Source: a virus. Taken from it: 64,000 nt of DNA. The stretch spans positions 26,743-90,742 of the IMG/VR virus record IMGVR_UViG_3300021963_000074. One strand, given 5' to 3'. The position numbers and the translations under genes are program-made. Each line of letters begins with the position of its first letter. Positions within the stretch are counted from its first letter, which is position 1. A model generated the notes under the pieces. It was not told where the DNA came from and searched no databases. It saw nothing but the letters and a program-made list of their open reading frames with translations. Positions 19,381 to 29,866 of this stretch are shown one piece after another.

Positions 19381-21807
19381 TTATTTTATACCGCTTAATT
19401 TCTTCCACTCGTTTAGAGATTCTCTAACTGAAACACGGGTCGGATTCCCTACTGTTTGGTCTGATTTCATCTTATGTAAATCACCACCCATTGATAACAA
19501 TGCTTTTAGTTTCATTAATTCTGTATCACCCATAGCATCACCGCCTGCGTCATTTGAGAAACCTTCTTCTACTTGTTCTTCACATGTATGACCTTCATAC
19601 ATCATTCCACCGCATTCATTACACATTTCGTGGTCATGACCTTCTTTAACTTTTTCCATGTCCCCATCACCGTCTAAGTCGGCTTCTTCTTTACCTTGGG
19701 CACGTGCTTTTGCTAGATTACCAGTAAACTTATTACCTTCTTCTACGTCATCTTCTTTGACTGGATATTGTTTTCCACCTACAGAGAATTTTTGACCTTT
19801 GTCAGGAATATTGTCTGATTTTGCTTTAGCTACTGCACCTGAGAAAGCATTGCCTTCGTCAGTTTTTTCTTCCTCACCGGAATCTTCTGCGTCATCTTGT
19901 TGTTCATCACCTTCTTCGTCACCGGCTGGTTGTAATGCAGTATCATCAGAACCTGCTTCATCTTCATAGTCTTGTGAACCTTCTTCACCACCCATATCAA
20001 TACCTGACATTTTCTTAATCAATGCTAGCATATCACTATCATCACCAACTACGTCAGGACTCATTTGTGGTTCAGTACCAGTACCTGTTGGTTCTTCTTC
20101 ACCTTGAGATACTACACCATAACCAACTGCAGGCTTGTCGTTTCCACCAAACACACCAATACCAGCGTTACGCAATACGCCCATTAGTTGTTCTGCATCA
20201 GCGTCAGTAGCACTAATGGTTACTGAATCTGGAGCACCTTGTTGTCCTGTACTGCTAGAAACAGTGATACCTTCATTTAGAATGTTGTTTAGCTGATTTT
20301 CCCAGCTTTCATATTGTACGTCTTTCATTTCTTCTGTGCTTTCTAATCTAGTTTTTGGTTTACGCAATCCTGATATAAAATTAACTGCTCTATCGGTTGC
20401 GGCATTAATAGGATCTACACTCCACGGAGTTGGCTTTTCAACTGGTTTATTAGTAGCTTGAATTCTACTAGGCTTAAACATACTAATATCGCCTGGCTTG
20501 CTATCCATACCATGTGTTGTATGTAAATCTTTACTTGGATGAGGAATTAAATCACCTTCTTCTAAACTTTCGTCAAAGTTAACAAAGCCAAAGTGTTCTA
20601 AGGCCGCATCACGCATCTGGTCTTTATAAGAACCTGCCATGCTTCTGAATCTACCATGTGCTAATGTCTTATTGATTACAGATGTTGCTAATGCTTTATC
20701 TTTTAATTCCATTGCAGGTTTGATGTTATAACCTTTTGGTCCTAATTCTAACTCGTCAAAGAACTTAGTCATTTGTTCTTTTTGACCTTCTGTTAATACC
20801 ACATCAGTAGCTTCTAGACTCTCATGCATTTTATCTTCTTTACTACTATACTTAGCACGAATGTTTTGCTTAGTCTTTTCGCTAGCATGTTTTTGTCCAG
20901 CTTGTCGTAATGCATTCATACCATCTTTGCCGTATTTCTTGTTACCCAAATATGCTTGTAATCCTGATTCATCAACTGCATCTTCAGCCATTGTTTGATC
21001 ATCAGTATTCAAACTCATTTCACCTTTACCAATTGACTGTTTAATCTGTGCAGCCAACTGAGGATTATTAACTGTGCCTAATGTTTTATTGCCTTGCTGA
21101 ATAACTTGTGTGTTAGTTTGACTAGCTGGTTTGATTTGAACAGGTTGTTGCGTGTTCATATCTTCATCTACACCTTTGTGTATTCCAATGCCTTGGTTAC
21201 TACCAGGAGTTATTCCTTTAGCACGTGCGTCTTTTACTGCGGCTGCGGCTGCATTTCTGTGTGCTTGTGTTTGAGGGTTGTGAATCCAATCTGAGTCTGG
21301 ATTGGCTGCTTTACGTCCGGCAACTTGGCTTGCACTTTTGTAACGTACCGTGCTACCTTTATGTCCAGGCATACCTGTTTTCCCAGTAGGGTCTCTATAA
21401 GCTATACGCACTGCTTCTTCAACACTTTGTTCACCTTCATTAACTATTGTAGTTTGAAGTTCATCAATATATTCTTTTAAGCTGTGCTTTTTAGAAACTT
21501 TACCAACTTCTTTCTTTGGCTTCTTACCGCCACCAAATACATCACCAACGCTAGTAGTGTCATATTTCTTTACTTCACCAGAATCATCTGCACCCTTTTT
21601 AGGGCGGCCGCGGCCCTTTTTAGGTGCTTCTTTTTTAGCTTCAGCATCTTTATTAATTTTACCGACTTTATGTCCGTATTGGTCGCGTACATCTTCTTTA
21701 CCATGACTTGAACCGTAATCACCTTTATGGACTCGTCCTTTTGGTGTTTCTTTTGTTTCACCTTCGGAAAGGGAACTCATTGCTTGTAATAGGTTTCTAA
21801 AATCCAT
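19381..21807 (-). CDS. Large acidic, low-complexity protein, probable internal head or core protein
   Basis: Many hydrophobic-x-E sites, AT-hook (KGRGRPKK), CxxC..HxC motif. Confidence 0.6.
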   Translation of the reverse strand: MDFRNLLQAMSSLSEGETKETPKGRVHKGDYGSSHGKEDVRDQYGHKVGKINKDAEAKKEAPKKGRGRPKKGADDSGEVKKYDTTSVGDVFGGGKKPKKEVGKVSKKHSLKEYIDELQTTIVNEGEQSVEEAVRIAYRDPTGKTGMPGHKGSTVRYKSASQVAGRKAANPDSDWIHNPQTQAHRNAAAAAVKDARAKGITPGSNQGIGIHKGVDEDMNTQQPVQIKPASQTNTQVIQQGNKTLGTVNNPQLAAQIKQSIGKGEMSLNTDDQTMAEDAVDESGLQAYLGNKKYGKDGMNALRQAGQKHASEKTKQNIRAKYSSKEDKMHESLEATDVVLTEGQKEQMTKFFDELELGPKGYNIKPAMELKDKALATSVINKTLAHGRFRSMAGSYKDQMRDAALEHFGFVNFDESLEEGDLIPHPSKDLHTTHGMDSKPGDISMFKPSRIQATNKPVEKPTPWSVDPINAATDRAVNFISGLRKPKTRLESTEEMKDVQYESWENQLNNILNEGITVSSSTGQQGAPDSVTISATDADAEQLMGVLRNAGIGVFGGNDKPAVGYGVVSQGEEEPTGTGTEPQMSPDVVGDDSDMLALIKKMSGIDMGGEEGSQDYEDEAGSDDTALQPAGDEEGDEQQDDAEDSGEEEKTDEGNAFSGAVAKAKSDNIPDKGQKFSVGGKQYPVKEDDVEEGNKFTGNLAKARAQGKEEADLDGDGDMEKVKEGHDHEMCNECGGMMYEGHTCEEQVEEGFSNDAGGDAMGDTELMKLKALLSMGGDLHKMKSDQTVGNPTRVSVRESLNEWKKLSGIK

Positions 21808-22025
21808 TATCGTGATCCTCGTTTATCTAATTTATCTTCCATACGTGTAAGTTGTCTTTGCAACTCTACAATTCGTTCGTTTGTATCTTCAACTTTTGCA
21901 TGTGTTACAGCAACTTTTTTGTCAATGTTTTTTACATTGTCATTCATTGTAATGTATCCCGTGCCACCTATTCCCATGGCCCCAACCAAAATCCATGTAA
22001 GTTGACCGGTGTTGAATTCGATCAT
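21807..22025 (-). CDS. Small membrane-anchored coiled-coil protein
   Basis: N-terminal TM helix followed by heptads. Confidence 0.65.
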   Translation of the reverse strand: MIEFNTGQLTWILVGAMGIGGTGYITMNDNVKNIDKKVAVTHAKVEDTNERIVELQRQLTRMEDKLDKRGSR

Positions 22026-22621
22026 TATTTTCTAGCTCCTGTGCTAGGTAGTTGTGGTCTTGTCACTTTAGTCATGGGGCTAACTGTGTTGATACCTTCT
22101 TTACTCTTATTAGGACTTGCTGGTGTAGCTTTACCTGCATATGGAATATTAATACTTGGCTTCTTAGGCATCACACGATCTAAATATTGCCCTGCATATT
22201 CTTTGCTAGCTTCTTTACCATTATCTCCTAACTCTGTGTTTAACAACAATGGCTCATCTTTTTGTTCATTAGCATAACCTTCGGCTTCACTATTAATACT
22301 ATCATCATAGTCGGTAGTAACTACTCTGACATTGTTTATGTTACAACCGCAATGTTGAGCGCATTGTTGAATCATTGGCTCAGTTGCAGGATATTTAAAT
22401 TCAGCTTTGATAATAGTAATAGACTGATTCTGCAAATCAGGAAATCCGTATGGATCTTTCTGAATTGGCGTAGTTTTTGGATCGTCAATTTTGACTGGGT
22501 CAAACTTAGACAAATTGTGCTTGAATAATTCCAAAAAGTTTTTTTCACAATCGCCGGCAATCTTAATTGTATAGCGATATGTTCTAACACTTTCGGTTAA
22601 ATATTGACGTAGGCTTTTCAT
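22025..22621 (-). CDS. Hypothetical late protein
   Basis: 198-aa ORF with TAAATA upstream. Confidence 0.7.
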   Translation of the reverse strand: MKSLRQYLTESVRTYRYTIKIAGDCEKNFLELFKHNLSKFDPVKIDDPKTTPIQKDPYGFPDLQNQSITIIKAEFKYPATEPMIQQCAQHCGCNINNVRVVTTDYDDSINSEAEGYANEQKDEPLLLNTELGDNGKEASKEYAGQYLDRVMPKKPSINIPYAGKATPASPNKSKEGINTVSPMTKVTRPQLPSTGARK

Positions 22622-22646
22622 TGTTGTATTCCTGTTCTATTATTTA

Positions 22647-23132
22647 TCAATTTACTGGTTTTTTGTTTGCCAAAATACTTTTGAGAAGTTCGTTACGATC
22701 CACTAAGCTACCTTCACCAAGTGGAACGTTCTCAATCTCTTTATCTTTTTCAACATTTTTTTGATCTAGGCTTGCTTTTTTCAACTGCAAATCAATCATT
22801 TTCAATTTCTTATTGATCTTAGCTGTTTTAGCAGTTATAGCATGTCCTAACATTGTACCAGCACTATTGAATATCTCACTAGCAAATCTACTATCAACTT
22901 GCATCCCTAAATCCATTAAATCTTTATAACTGTCTTGAGCCAGTCTTGCCAACTCATCCATCTCAGAATCGCTTGCTTCCAAACCGCGGACTTGAGGTAA
23001 TGCTTGTTCTATCTTGTCTAAAGTAGAATAAGTTTCTTGCGTTACTAAATCCATATCTTTGCCGAGTATGGGTTCAGTTAATGATGATTCCTCTGTAGGT
23101 AAATCAAACAATTCTGATAATTTTTTTGTCAT
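22647..23132 (-). CDS. Hypothetical protein, possible terminase small subunit
   Basis: Helical 161-aa protein ending DRNELLKSIL, next to the head completion gene. Confidence 0.45.
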   Translation of the reverse strand: MTKKLSELFDLPTEESSLTEPILGKDMDLVTQETYSTLDKIEQALPQVRGLEASDSEMDELARLAQDSYKDLMDLGMQVDSRFASEIFNSAGTMLGHAITAKTAKINKKLKMIDLQLKKASLDQKNVEKDKEIENVPLGEGSLVDRNELLKSILANKKPVN

Positions 23133-23159
23133 GCTATTTGTCCATAATAGCAGTATTTA

Positions 23160-23597
23160 TTACTTACGTCTACCGTTGTAAAACAAGTCATCTTCTGTAA
23201 TAACACGAAATGTAAATCCATATTGTTTGCAATATGCTTTAGCACTAGCCCACTTAGCATGATTTATAGCAACAACTGCTATATCTCTGGCACTTGCTTT
23301 TCTGCTTTCAATTAGGCTTTGTTTTTTAGGTTTGATTTCTACTATTTCGGCAAACTGTTTTCCAAACTTGTTTTCATATAGTATAAAGAAGTCTGGAATA
23401 TAATTAGTAACTTTACCTGTTAATGGGTGACGATAGGGAATACGGATTGATTCACTTGCCCATTTGATTACATTCTTGTTGCCGTCACAGAATTGCATGA
23501 ATGTGAATTCCCATCCACTGCGATATCTAGGTCTGTGGTTACCAATGTATTTGTCAGGATTTCTAGGCACAAATATGCCTTGTGCAAAGTTTGACAT
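23160..23597 (-). CDS. Head completion nuclease (T4 gp4-like, TnsA-type)
   Basis: YRSGWE, WASE, IPY, YIPDF and EIKP motifs. Confidence 0.88.
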   Translation of the reverse strand: MSNFAQGIFVPRNPDKYIGNHRPRYRSGWEFTFMQFCDGNKNVIKWASESIRIPYRHPLTGKVTNYIPDFFILYENKFGKQFAEIVEIKPKKQSLIESRKASARDIAVVAINHAKWASAKAYCKQYGFTFRVITEDDLFYNGRRK

Positions 23598-23962
23598 TAT
23601 ATTACAGCGTTTCTAGCTACTACTTGATTAGGTTGAGGAATAGAACTAACACCATATAATGTTGTTTTACTTTTTAAACTGTTTAGATAATATGCAACTA
23701 ATGCATTTGCAGTAGACAACCCATTAGAACCTTTAATTTCTTCTAACAATATCAATGGATTTTCACCTGTAATATTAGAGATTCTAAAAATGATTGTTGT
23801 AAAATTTTTAGCTACATTTTCACTTTTAGACAATGAATAGAAATAGCTATGTATAAGTTCATACTGATTAGCCTCTACAACTAAATCAAAATTGTAAAAT
23901 TGATCAAACACACGTACTGTGTTATCTAACTGACTTCTTGGTGCATCTATTGTTTGTGCCAT
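23597..23962 (-). CDS. Hypothetical late protein
   Basis: 121-aa ORF with TAAATA and GAGG RBS. Confidence 0.7.
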   Translation of the reverse strand: MAQTIDAPRSQLDNTVRVFDQFYNFDLVVEANQYELIHSYFYSLSKSENVAKNFTTIIFRISNITGENPLILLEEIKGSNGLSTANALVAYYLNSLKSKTTLYGVSSIPQPNQVVARNAVI

Positions 23963-23982
23963 AATATACCTCGTAGAAGTAT

Positions 23983-25161
23983 TTATGTAACTTGTTTAGG
24001 TGATGACCTAATGTTTTGATATGACCCGTTGATAGAATTAGGAGCATTTCTAATTGCACTAGCAGCTTGTGTAGGGAAATTGAATGCAGTATTTCTATTG
24101 GGAGTGCCTTGTAATGCATCTGTTGCAATACCTAAGGCTTCTGACTTAGCAATTCTTAATATATTTTGAGGATTTTTAAAAGTATTGGCTGCTGTTCCTG
24201 CTTTTTGAACTGCACCTACAATATTACCATTTTCTAAATCATCTAAGATACCACCGGCAGCATCAACAAGACCACCTTGGCCTAATATAGTTGCATTTGA
24301 TCCTGGACGAGCAATAGGACTTAATACAGTATCATAGTGATCATTACTACCAAATCCAGTAACTATATCATATGGTTTACGACCATCAACTGCACCTTCA
24401 TAGTACTTTACAGTTTCGTAATTTAAAGTCATCTGATTTTCCATTACGCCACCTCCCTCACTGTAATTGTAAGTATCGTGACTGAAACTTTCAATCATAG
24501 GGTTGATTAGTCTATACAAAGAAAAATTATGTTGGTTGAATCCATATATATTAATTGCCTTAAAGAAAGGCGCTTTACTTATACCTAGATTTGCGGCTGA
24601 GTTAGTAGCCGGGCTTTTACCGGTCTCACCAATATATCCCCAATCATCATTACCAGTGATAGTAGGGTCGTATATATTTCTACGATTTAAGTTATATCTA
24701 ACTGCATTATCACCACCTACACCACTAATAGTTGTATTAGTATTACTATCCATCTGTGTTGCATCTTTATAGTAGTATGTGTAATACGTATACCATAATT
24801 TTTTAATTAAATTTTGATTATCATCATGGAATACAACGTTAATAGGATCGTATTTAATTTTAGTTTGCACTACCCGTTTACGATTATATTGGTTTAGTGT
24901 AGCTAATTCAAACGTGTATTTTGGTAGTTGTATATTTTTGACTGCTAATCCAAAGTTTTGATCTTGTGGCCAAGATTGAGTAGCACCGATGTAGTCTTTG
25001 TTTATATCAAAATAAACATGAAATAGAAACTTAAACTTGGGTGAATACCCATAAGCATTTGTTCTAAATGTTTTACTTGCGTGTTGGTAATCACGCAAGT
25101 ATTCATTTGTAAAGAACGATGTTGCGGCGTCAGTTAATAGGTTTTGAACGAACCCAGCCAT
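23983..25161 (-). CDS. Tail tube-like or baseplate-tube junction protein
   Basis: gp19-fold pattern (LPKYTF..NQYNRKR..YDPINVVFHDD), follows the tube gene. Confidence 0.65.
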   Translation of the reverse strand: MAGFVQNLLTDAATSFFTNEYLRDYQHASKTFRTNAYGYSPKFKFLFHVYFDINKDYIGATQSWPQDQNFGLAVKNIQLPKYTFELATLNQYNRKRVVQTKIKYDPINVVFHDDNQNLIKKLWYTYYTYYYKDATQMDSNTNTTISGVGGDNAVRYNLNRRNIYDPTITGNDDWGYIGETGKSPATNSAANLGISKAPFFKAINIYGFNQHNFSLYRLINPMIESFSHDTYNYSEGGGVMENQMTLNYETVKYYEGAVDGRKPYDIVTGFGSNDHYDTVLSPIARPGSNATILGQGGLVDAAGGILDDLENGNIVGAVQKAGTAANTFKNPQNILRIAKSEALGIATDALQGTPNRNTAFNFPTQAASAIRNAPNSINGSYQNIRSSPKQVT

Positions 25162-25173
25162 TAATTGCTCTTA

Positions 25174-25800
25174 TTAACCAATACCAGTAACTGCTGTACC
25201 ACCAAATGCACGACCTACATTTGTACCGACACCAGAAGTCAATGGTGACTGAATTGCATTATCAAATCTTACGCTCAACTGAATTGTAGCTGGATCACTT
25301 GTTTTGTAATCCAAGTTATTATAGTTGGCTGTTTTAATAAAGCATCCATACAATTCCCAGGTTTCTAATACAGAAGGTGTAAGAACACCGTTACCACCGT
25401 CAAGAATTTCATAATTGATTTGAAATTTATAATCTTGTGCAGTTGCGGCACTTGCTTGTTCAACAAAGTCCATTTGTTTCTGAATTTGTTGACCAACTAA
25501 TTTACTAACGTTGCCCTGTGCATCATCACGTAGATTAATTGTAGTTTCTTGCCATGCATGTTTACCTGCAAGATAAATTCTTGAGTTATATACATCTAAA
25601 GTTACTTCATCAAATTGAACTTGTGGACGAGTAATATCCATTACTTGTTTTGTTAGTTCTGTAGTGGAACCACCTACACCAAAGTTTAAGAACAATGCTC
25701 TAAAACGATATTGTAGTTTAGGCATCAATAGACCCTGTGCGTTGGTAGCATTATCCGCTGCAACGGTCATATTGAACAATGATTGTGAGGCTGTTGCCAT
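25174..25800 (-). CDS. Tail tube protein (gp19-like)
   Basis: Directly downstream of the sheath gene, with YLAGK.W and WELYGCF motifs. Confidence 0.85.
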   Translation of the reverse strand: MATASQSLFNMTVAADNATNAQGLLMPKLQYRFRALFLNFGVGGSTTELTKQVMDITRPQVQFDEVTLDVYNSRIYLAGKHAWQETTINLRDDAQGNVSKLVGQQIQKQMDFVEQASAATAQDYKFQINYEILDGGNGVLTPSVLETWELYGCFIKTANYNNLDYKTSDPATIQLSVRFDNAIQSPLTSGVGTNVGRAFGGTAVTGIG

Positions 25801-25834
25801 ATTTTATTCTCCTATATCTTTATTTATCTTTAAT

Positions 25835-25856
25835 TCACCCCTGTCTCCAGGGGTGA
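25835..25856 (-). other. Stable GNRA-tetraloop hairpin between sheath and tube genes
   Basis: TCACCCCTG-GAGA-CAGGGGTGA with no U-tract, followed by TAAATA and AGGAG. Confidence 0.65.
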
Positions 25857-25861
25857 TTATC

Positions 25862-28800
25862 TTACTGAGCATTTGCTAATTCACCTGTATTCAATACACG
25901 AACTGGGATGTAAATGAATTCAGCTGCCTTGACTGGTTCAATAGCAACGTCAATCCACAATTCATTTCTATCAATACGAGCAGGTGTGTTATTGCTCTCA
26001 TCGCATACAACCAAATAATCATATAAACCACGTTTTGCAACTAAGTCTACAAATAATGATTGAACTACTCCGCTAATTTCATTACGAGTTACTGCATCGT
26101 TAGGTTCGAATACGAACGGACGAGCCGCAATCTGTAATCTTTCACGAATGTAGCACACTAATCTCGCTACGTTAATACGATCCAATGCTGATTGACTATC
26201 AAATGAGTTCTTATTACCGTAGTTCAATAAACCAACACCAGTAAAGTATGCTAATGGATTGATTTGATTTGTGTATAACACATCACGAATACTCATACGA
26301 TTCTTAACAGTCTGGAACTCACCAGTAGTAGCATTTAGGTAGCCAATGTTTGTAGCATTGTCAATTGTACCACGGCGTGTACCTGCTGGAGCTAACCAAG
26401 GATAAGCAATAGAATCATTACGTAAGAATGTGCGTAACATCATATGACTTGCTGGAACAACAACTGCTGCACCTGTCAAGTCTGTAGTGATACCACTTGG
26501 ATAGAATACACCCAAATAACTATCACGTGTTACCCATCCTTCTTCGCCTGTACTTGTAGCACCGGCTGCATTGGTTGCCCAATTTGTTAGATCAGTTGCT
26601 TGATCGGGCAAACGTAATGGAGTGTCACCGATGATATATGCAGTATTGTTACGGTCATTGTTCAATGTAACCATGTCTGGTTGTAACTCAGGATACCCTG
26701 GAGCTGCGATAAGATTGAAGAATGTATCTTCTTCTCTTATGCTTTGATTTGTACCAATAGCCGCTTTAATTGATTGAACAACTAGATTACGCTGTGCTTT
26801 ACGTCCCATATATGCTGCACCATTAGACTGCAATCCACTAACACTTACCCATGTATATGAATATGTTGGTAGTACAGCAGGTGATGGATAATTTGCTGAG
26901 GTAAAATAATTTGTTCTAAATTGTTTTACGTTATAACCACTACGGCGTGTGTTGAATAACAACATACCTTGTGGATATAGTGCTGGATCCGGTGCATCTA
27001 AATCTAAATAATTACTTTCAAGTAATGTTTCAATACTTACTAGAGGATCATTTACTGGATCAACAGTTCCTACATTACCCCAACGTGCATCAGCAAACAG
27101 TATACCATTTTGACTTGTTTGGTCAGATGTATCAATACTTACCCACTGATTCGTGCCATCAACTTGTTCCCAACGATATAGTTTAGGATAATTTTCTAAA
27201 TCACCACTATCAATCCACAAATCACCATATACAAGTGCAGTACCGTCGCTTTGACCTGTTAATGGATCTGGTTCTGTTGGACTAATGATTGGTCCAGCAG
27301 GGTCAGTAGTATTAGAACCGCCTGCTGCTGGATTACCTGTACTGTCATAATTTACATTTCTATAACCATACCAATCACCATCTTTGTTTACCATGATATC
27401 TACTTCAGATGCTGTACTGTAGTACCAATTTGTGCCATTAACTGGATTGGTTGCAGGAGCACCTTCATTGGCAACATATGTTGTTAATTCCCATGCTGAC
27501 AATTGTGCCCAATAATTTTGTCTAGGAGTTCCACTATAATATGCCCAATCAATAATAGCGCCAAGACCGCTTACTGACTTTACTATAATAGATAAATCAT
27601 TTGTACTATTTGCACCACCTATATCGGATCCTGCAAATGTTACAATTTCATCTACCACGTAGTCAACACCGGGGGTAACTTTGCTTATAGAATAAAATAA
27701 TCCGTTTGAAGTTATACTAAATGTTGCACCGCTACCAGATCCTGAAGTATCATCTTGAGAAACAGATGAGTTAGTATAACCTGCTAAAAATCCATAAGCT
27801 ATACCAGTATCACTTAGACTAAAACCTATATCTGCTAACATACCATTACTTTGACCATCAATGTAGTCAGTTAAGTAAATTATTCCACCCAATGTATGCT
27901 CTAAAACAATTGCACCTGAAATAGATACACTTGCAGTAGTATTAGGAATATTAGCGGCTAGCCATGCTGTTACAAAATCTGTTGCTGTAGTTCCTGCTGG
28001 AGATACCACATATGGATTAATTGAAATGTCTCCATTTACATCAGTAATTTGAACTACAAGACTATCTAATGGATTAATTGTAGGATTCGTGACTGAACCA
28101 GTAAATGTACTTGCGCCTATACTTGTCTTGTTCCAGTATTGAATAGAAGACCACGGTGCAACAATTGAACTATAGCCATATGTAGCGACTACAGTGTCAG
28201 TTGGAATATCGCTTCCACCAACTGAACTTAAATCTGCTATAGCACGATCTAAACCCATATATTTATTAACAGTTTTACTTATCCATGTATCAGTAGATGT
28301 GTTATAAGTAGACATTAATAAATTCATTCCTGAACCTAATACACTTGTTTTAATCCATACACTACCTGTTGGGTGTGGGCTTACTTGACTTGCTGTCCAT
28401 AATGGCATACTAGATGATGGTCCATAATATGTATCAGGTGCAAAATATTGCTTAGGTAAGATACCCATATCAGCTAGAGGTGTGTTTACACCTTCTGATA
28501 GAGTCAGATATCTATTTGTATTTGGTTCACCGTATGCTATACTTAATTTATTATCAATTATTCTAGCACTTAGATATGTTATATTCAACCCATTAATAGT
28601 ATTTGATACATCAGTGACGGTATCGCCTGCCGCAATTTCAATAGTAACAGTTAATAAACCGTTAATGTTAATAGTAAACGTATCACCAGTTGTTAGTACT
28701 GGATTTGATACTGTGCCAGTAACTACAGGTACAGATGCTTTCCAGTCAGGGGAACCTAATTGAACCCAAGTATTTACTGAATTTTTATAAAAATATGTAG

Positions 28801-29398
28801 CATCTGAATATTGCCCATCTTGAATTTCAGTTGCTATCACTGCATAACCACCTACATTACCTAATGAATCAATTGGATATCCATCTGCAATATATTCTGA
28901 ATCTGTAATTACTATTGGTGTTTGATTGACAAATTTACCAGTTGAACTATTAAATTCATAAATTCCCCAAGTAGAGTTGGTAGTATCTAACCAATATGTA
29001 CCATCTGTTGGATCACCTAGAGGGCGACTCAATGATCCAACTAAGCTACCTAAATCAATGTCTGCTCTTAATACATAGCAACGATTTGTGGCACCTAATA
29101 ATGAATATGTTGCTAACAAGCCATATTCATTTAATTCGTAACCCTGAATTGAAGTACCATTTGTAGTCTTATAAAAGAACGGGGTACCAAACAAGTTAAC
29201 CAAGTCACGTTGACTTGTTACTTGATATAATTTATTTGCATTTGCGGCTGTTGTTGCTGCCGCTACTCCTGTACCAGCCGCATTAGCTTTGTTTTGTGCT
29301 GTGGCTAAGACTACAAGAGGAACTGAACTTGAGGCTGCTGGTAAATATTGACTCTGGTCAATGATTGTTACTTCTACGCCTGGTGATACTAGTGCCAT
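25862..29398 (-). CDS. Tail sheath protein (gp18-like) with large insertion
   Basis: LVSPGVEV N-terminus, PWLAPAG..RG, LDRINVARL, FEPND and AEFIYIP motifs. Confidence 0.93.
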   Translation of the reverse strand: MALVSPGVEVTIIDQSQYLPAASSSVPLVVLATAQNKANAAGTGVAAATTAANANKLYQVTSQRDLVNLFGTPFFYKTTNGTSIQGYELNEYGLLATYSLLGATNRCYVLRADIDLGSLVGSLSRPLGDPTDGTYWLDTTNSTWGIYEFNSSTGKFVNQTPIVITDSEYIADGYPIDSLGNVGGYAVIATEIQDGQYSDATYFYKNSVNTWVQLGSPDWKASVPVVTGTVSNPVLTTGDTFTININGLLTVTIEIAAGDTVTDVSNTINGLNITYLSARIIDNKLSIAYGEPNTNRYLTLSEGVNTPLADMGILPKQYFAPDTYYGPSSSMPLWTASQVSPHPTGSVWIKTSVLGSGMNLLMSTYNTSTDTWISKTVNKYMGLDRAIADLSSVGGSDIPTDTVVATYGYSSIVAPWSSIQYWNKTSIGASTFTGSVTNPTINPLDSLVVQITDVNGDISINPYVVSPAGTTATDFVTAWLAANIPNTTASVSISGAIVLEHTLGGIIYLTDYIDGQSNGMLADIGFSLSDTGIAYGFLAGYTNSSVSQDDTSGSGSGATFSITSNGLFYSISKVTPGVDYVVDEIVTFAGSDIGGANSTNDLSIIVKSVSGLGAIIDWAYYSGTPRQNYWAQLSAWELTTYVANEGAPATNPVNGTNWYYSTASEVDIMVNKDGDWYGYRNVNYDSTGNPAAGGSNTTDPAGPIISPTEPDPLTGQSDGTALVYGDLWIDSGDLENYPKLYRWEQVDGTNQWVSIDTSDQTSQNGILFADARWGNVGTVDPVNDPLVSIETLLESNYLDLDAPDPALYPQGMLLFNTRRSGYNVKQFRTNYFTSANYPSPAVLPTYSYTWVSVSGLQSNGAAYMGRKAQRNLVVQSIKAAIGTNQSIREEDTFFNLIAAPGYPELQPDMVTLNNDRNNTAYIIGDTPLRLPDQATDLTNWATNAAGATSTGEEGWVTRDSYLGVFYPSGITTDLTGAAVVVPASHMMLRTFLRNDSIAYPWLAPAGTRRGTIDNATNIGYLNATTGEFQTVKNRMSIRDVLYTNQINPLAYFTGVGLLNYGNKNSFDSQSALDRINVARLVCYIRERLQIAARPFVFEPNDAVTRNEISGVVQSLFVDLVAKRGLYDYLVVCDESNNTPARIDRNELWIDVAIEPVKAAEFIYIPVRVLNTGELANAQ

Positions 29399-29518
29399 GT
29401 TAAATTTCCTTTATGTTATGATTATGAGGGTTAACGCCCTAACGTATTAATATTTAGTGCATATCATAAAAAAAGCACCAATAACCGTACCTTTAAAGGT
29501 TTCTGGGTTAAATACTGT

Positions 29519-29866
29519 ATGATTAGACCTGTTTGCAAAGAATGCAATAAAAATCTATGTGCAGTAAATTATATACGCAATGAAAAGACATACTATAGGA
29601 GTATGTGTGATGAGTGTGGCAGAAAGAAAAATAAGAAAAAGCCAAGAATACCGAGTTGGCAAAAAGCAGGGTATAAGAAAAAACCCGCATGTGATGTTTG
29701 CGGGTTTAAATTTCTATATCCTTCACAAGCTACAGTGTACCATACTGACGGTAAACTTGAAAATAATCAGTATACCAATCTACGAACAGTCTGTTTGAAT
29801 TGTATAGAAGTTATAAAACGAAAAGAAGTTACTTGGCGTAAGGGGGACTTAGAGGTTGATTATTGA
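29519..29866 (+). CDS. Zn-binding HNH-like protein
   Basis: Four CxxC pairs and H.DG..NN...NL..VC.NC. Confidence 0.65.
   Translation: MIRPVCKECNKNLCAVNYIRNEKTYYRSMCDECGRKKNKKKPRIPSWQKAGYKKKPACDVCGFKFLYPSQATVYHTDGKLENNQYTNLRTVCLNCIEVIKRKEVTWRKGDLEVDY

Noticed and set aside
23160-23597. Tn7-like transposon (TnsA-type nuclease)
   Set aside because: Motifs and position among virion genes fit the T4 gp4 head-completion family, and there are no tnsB/tnsC genes or transposon ends.
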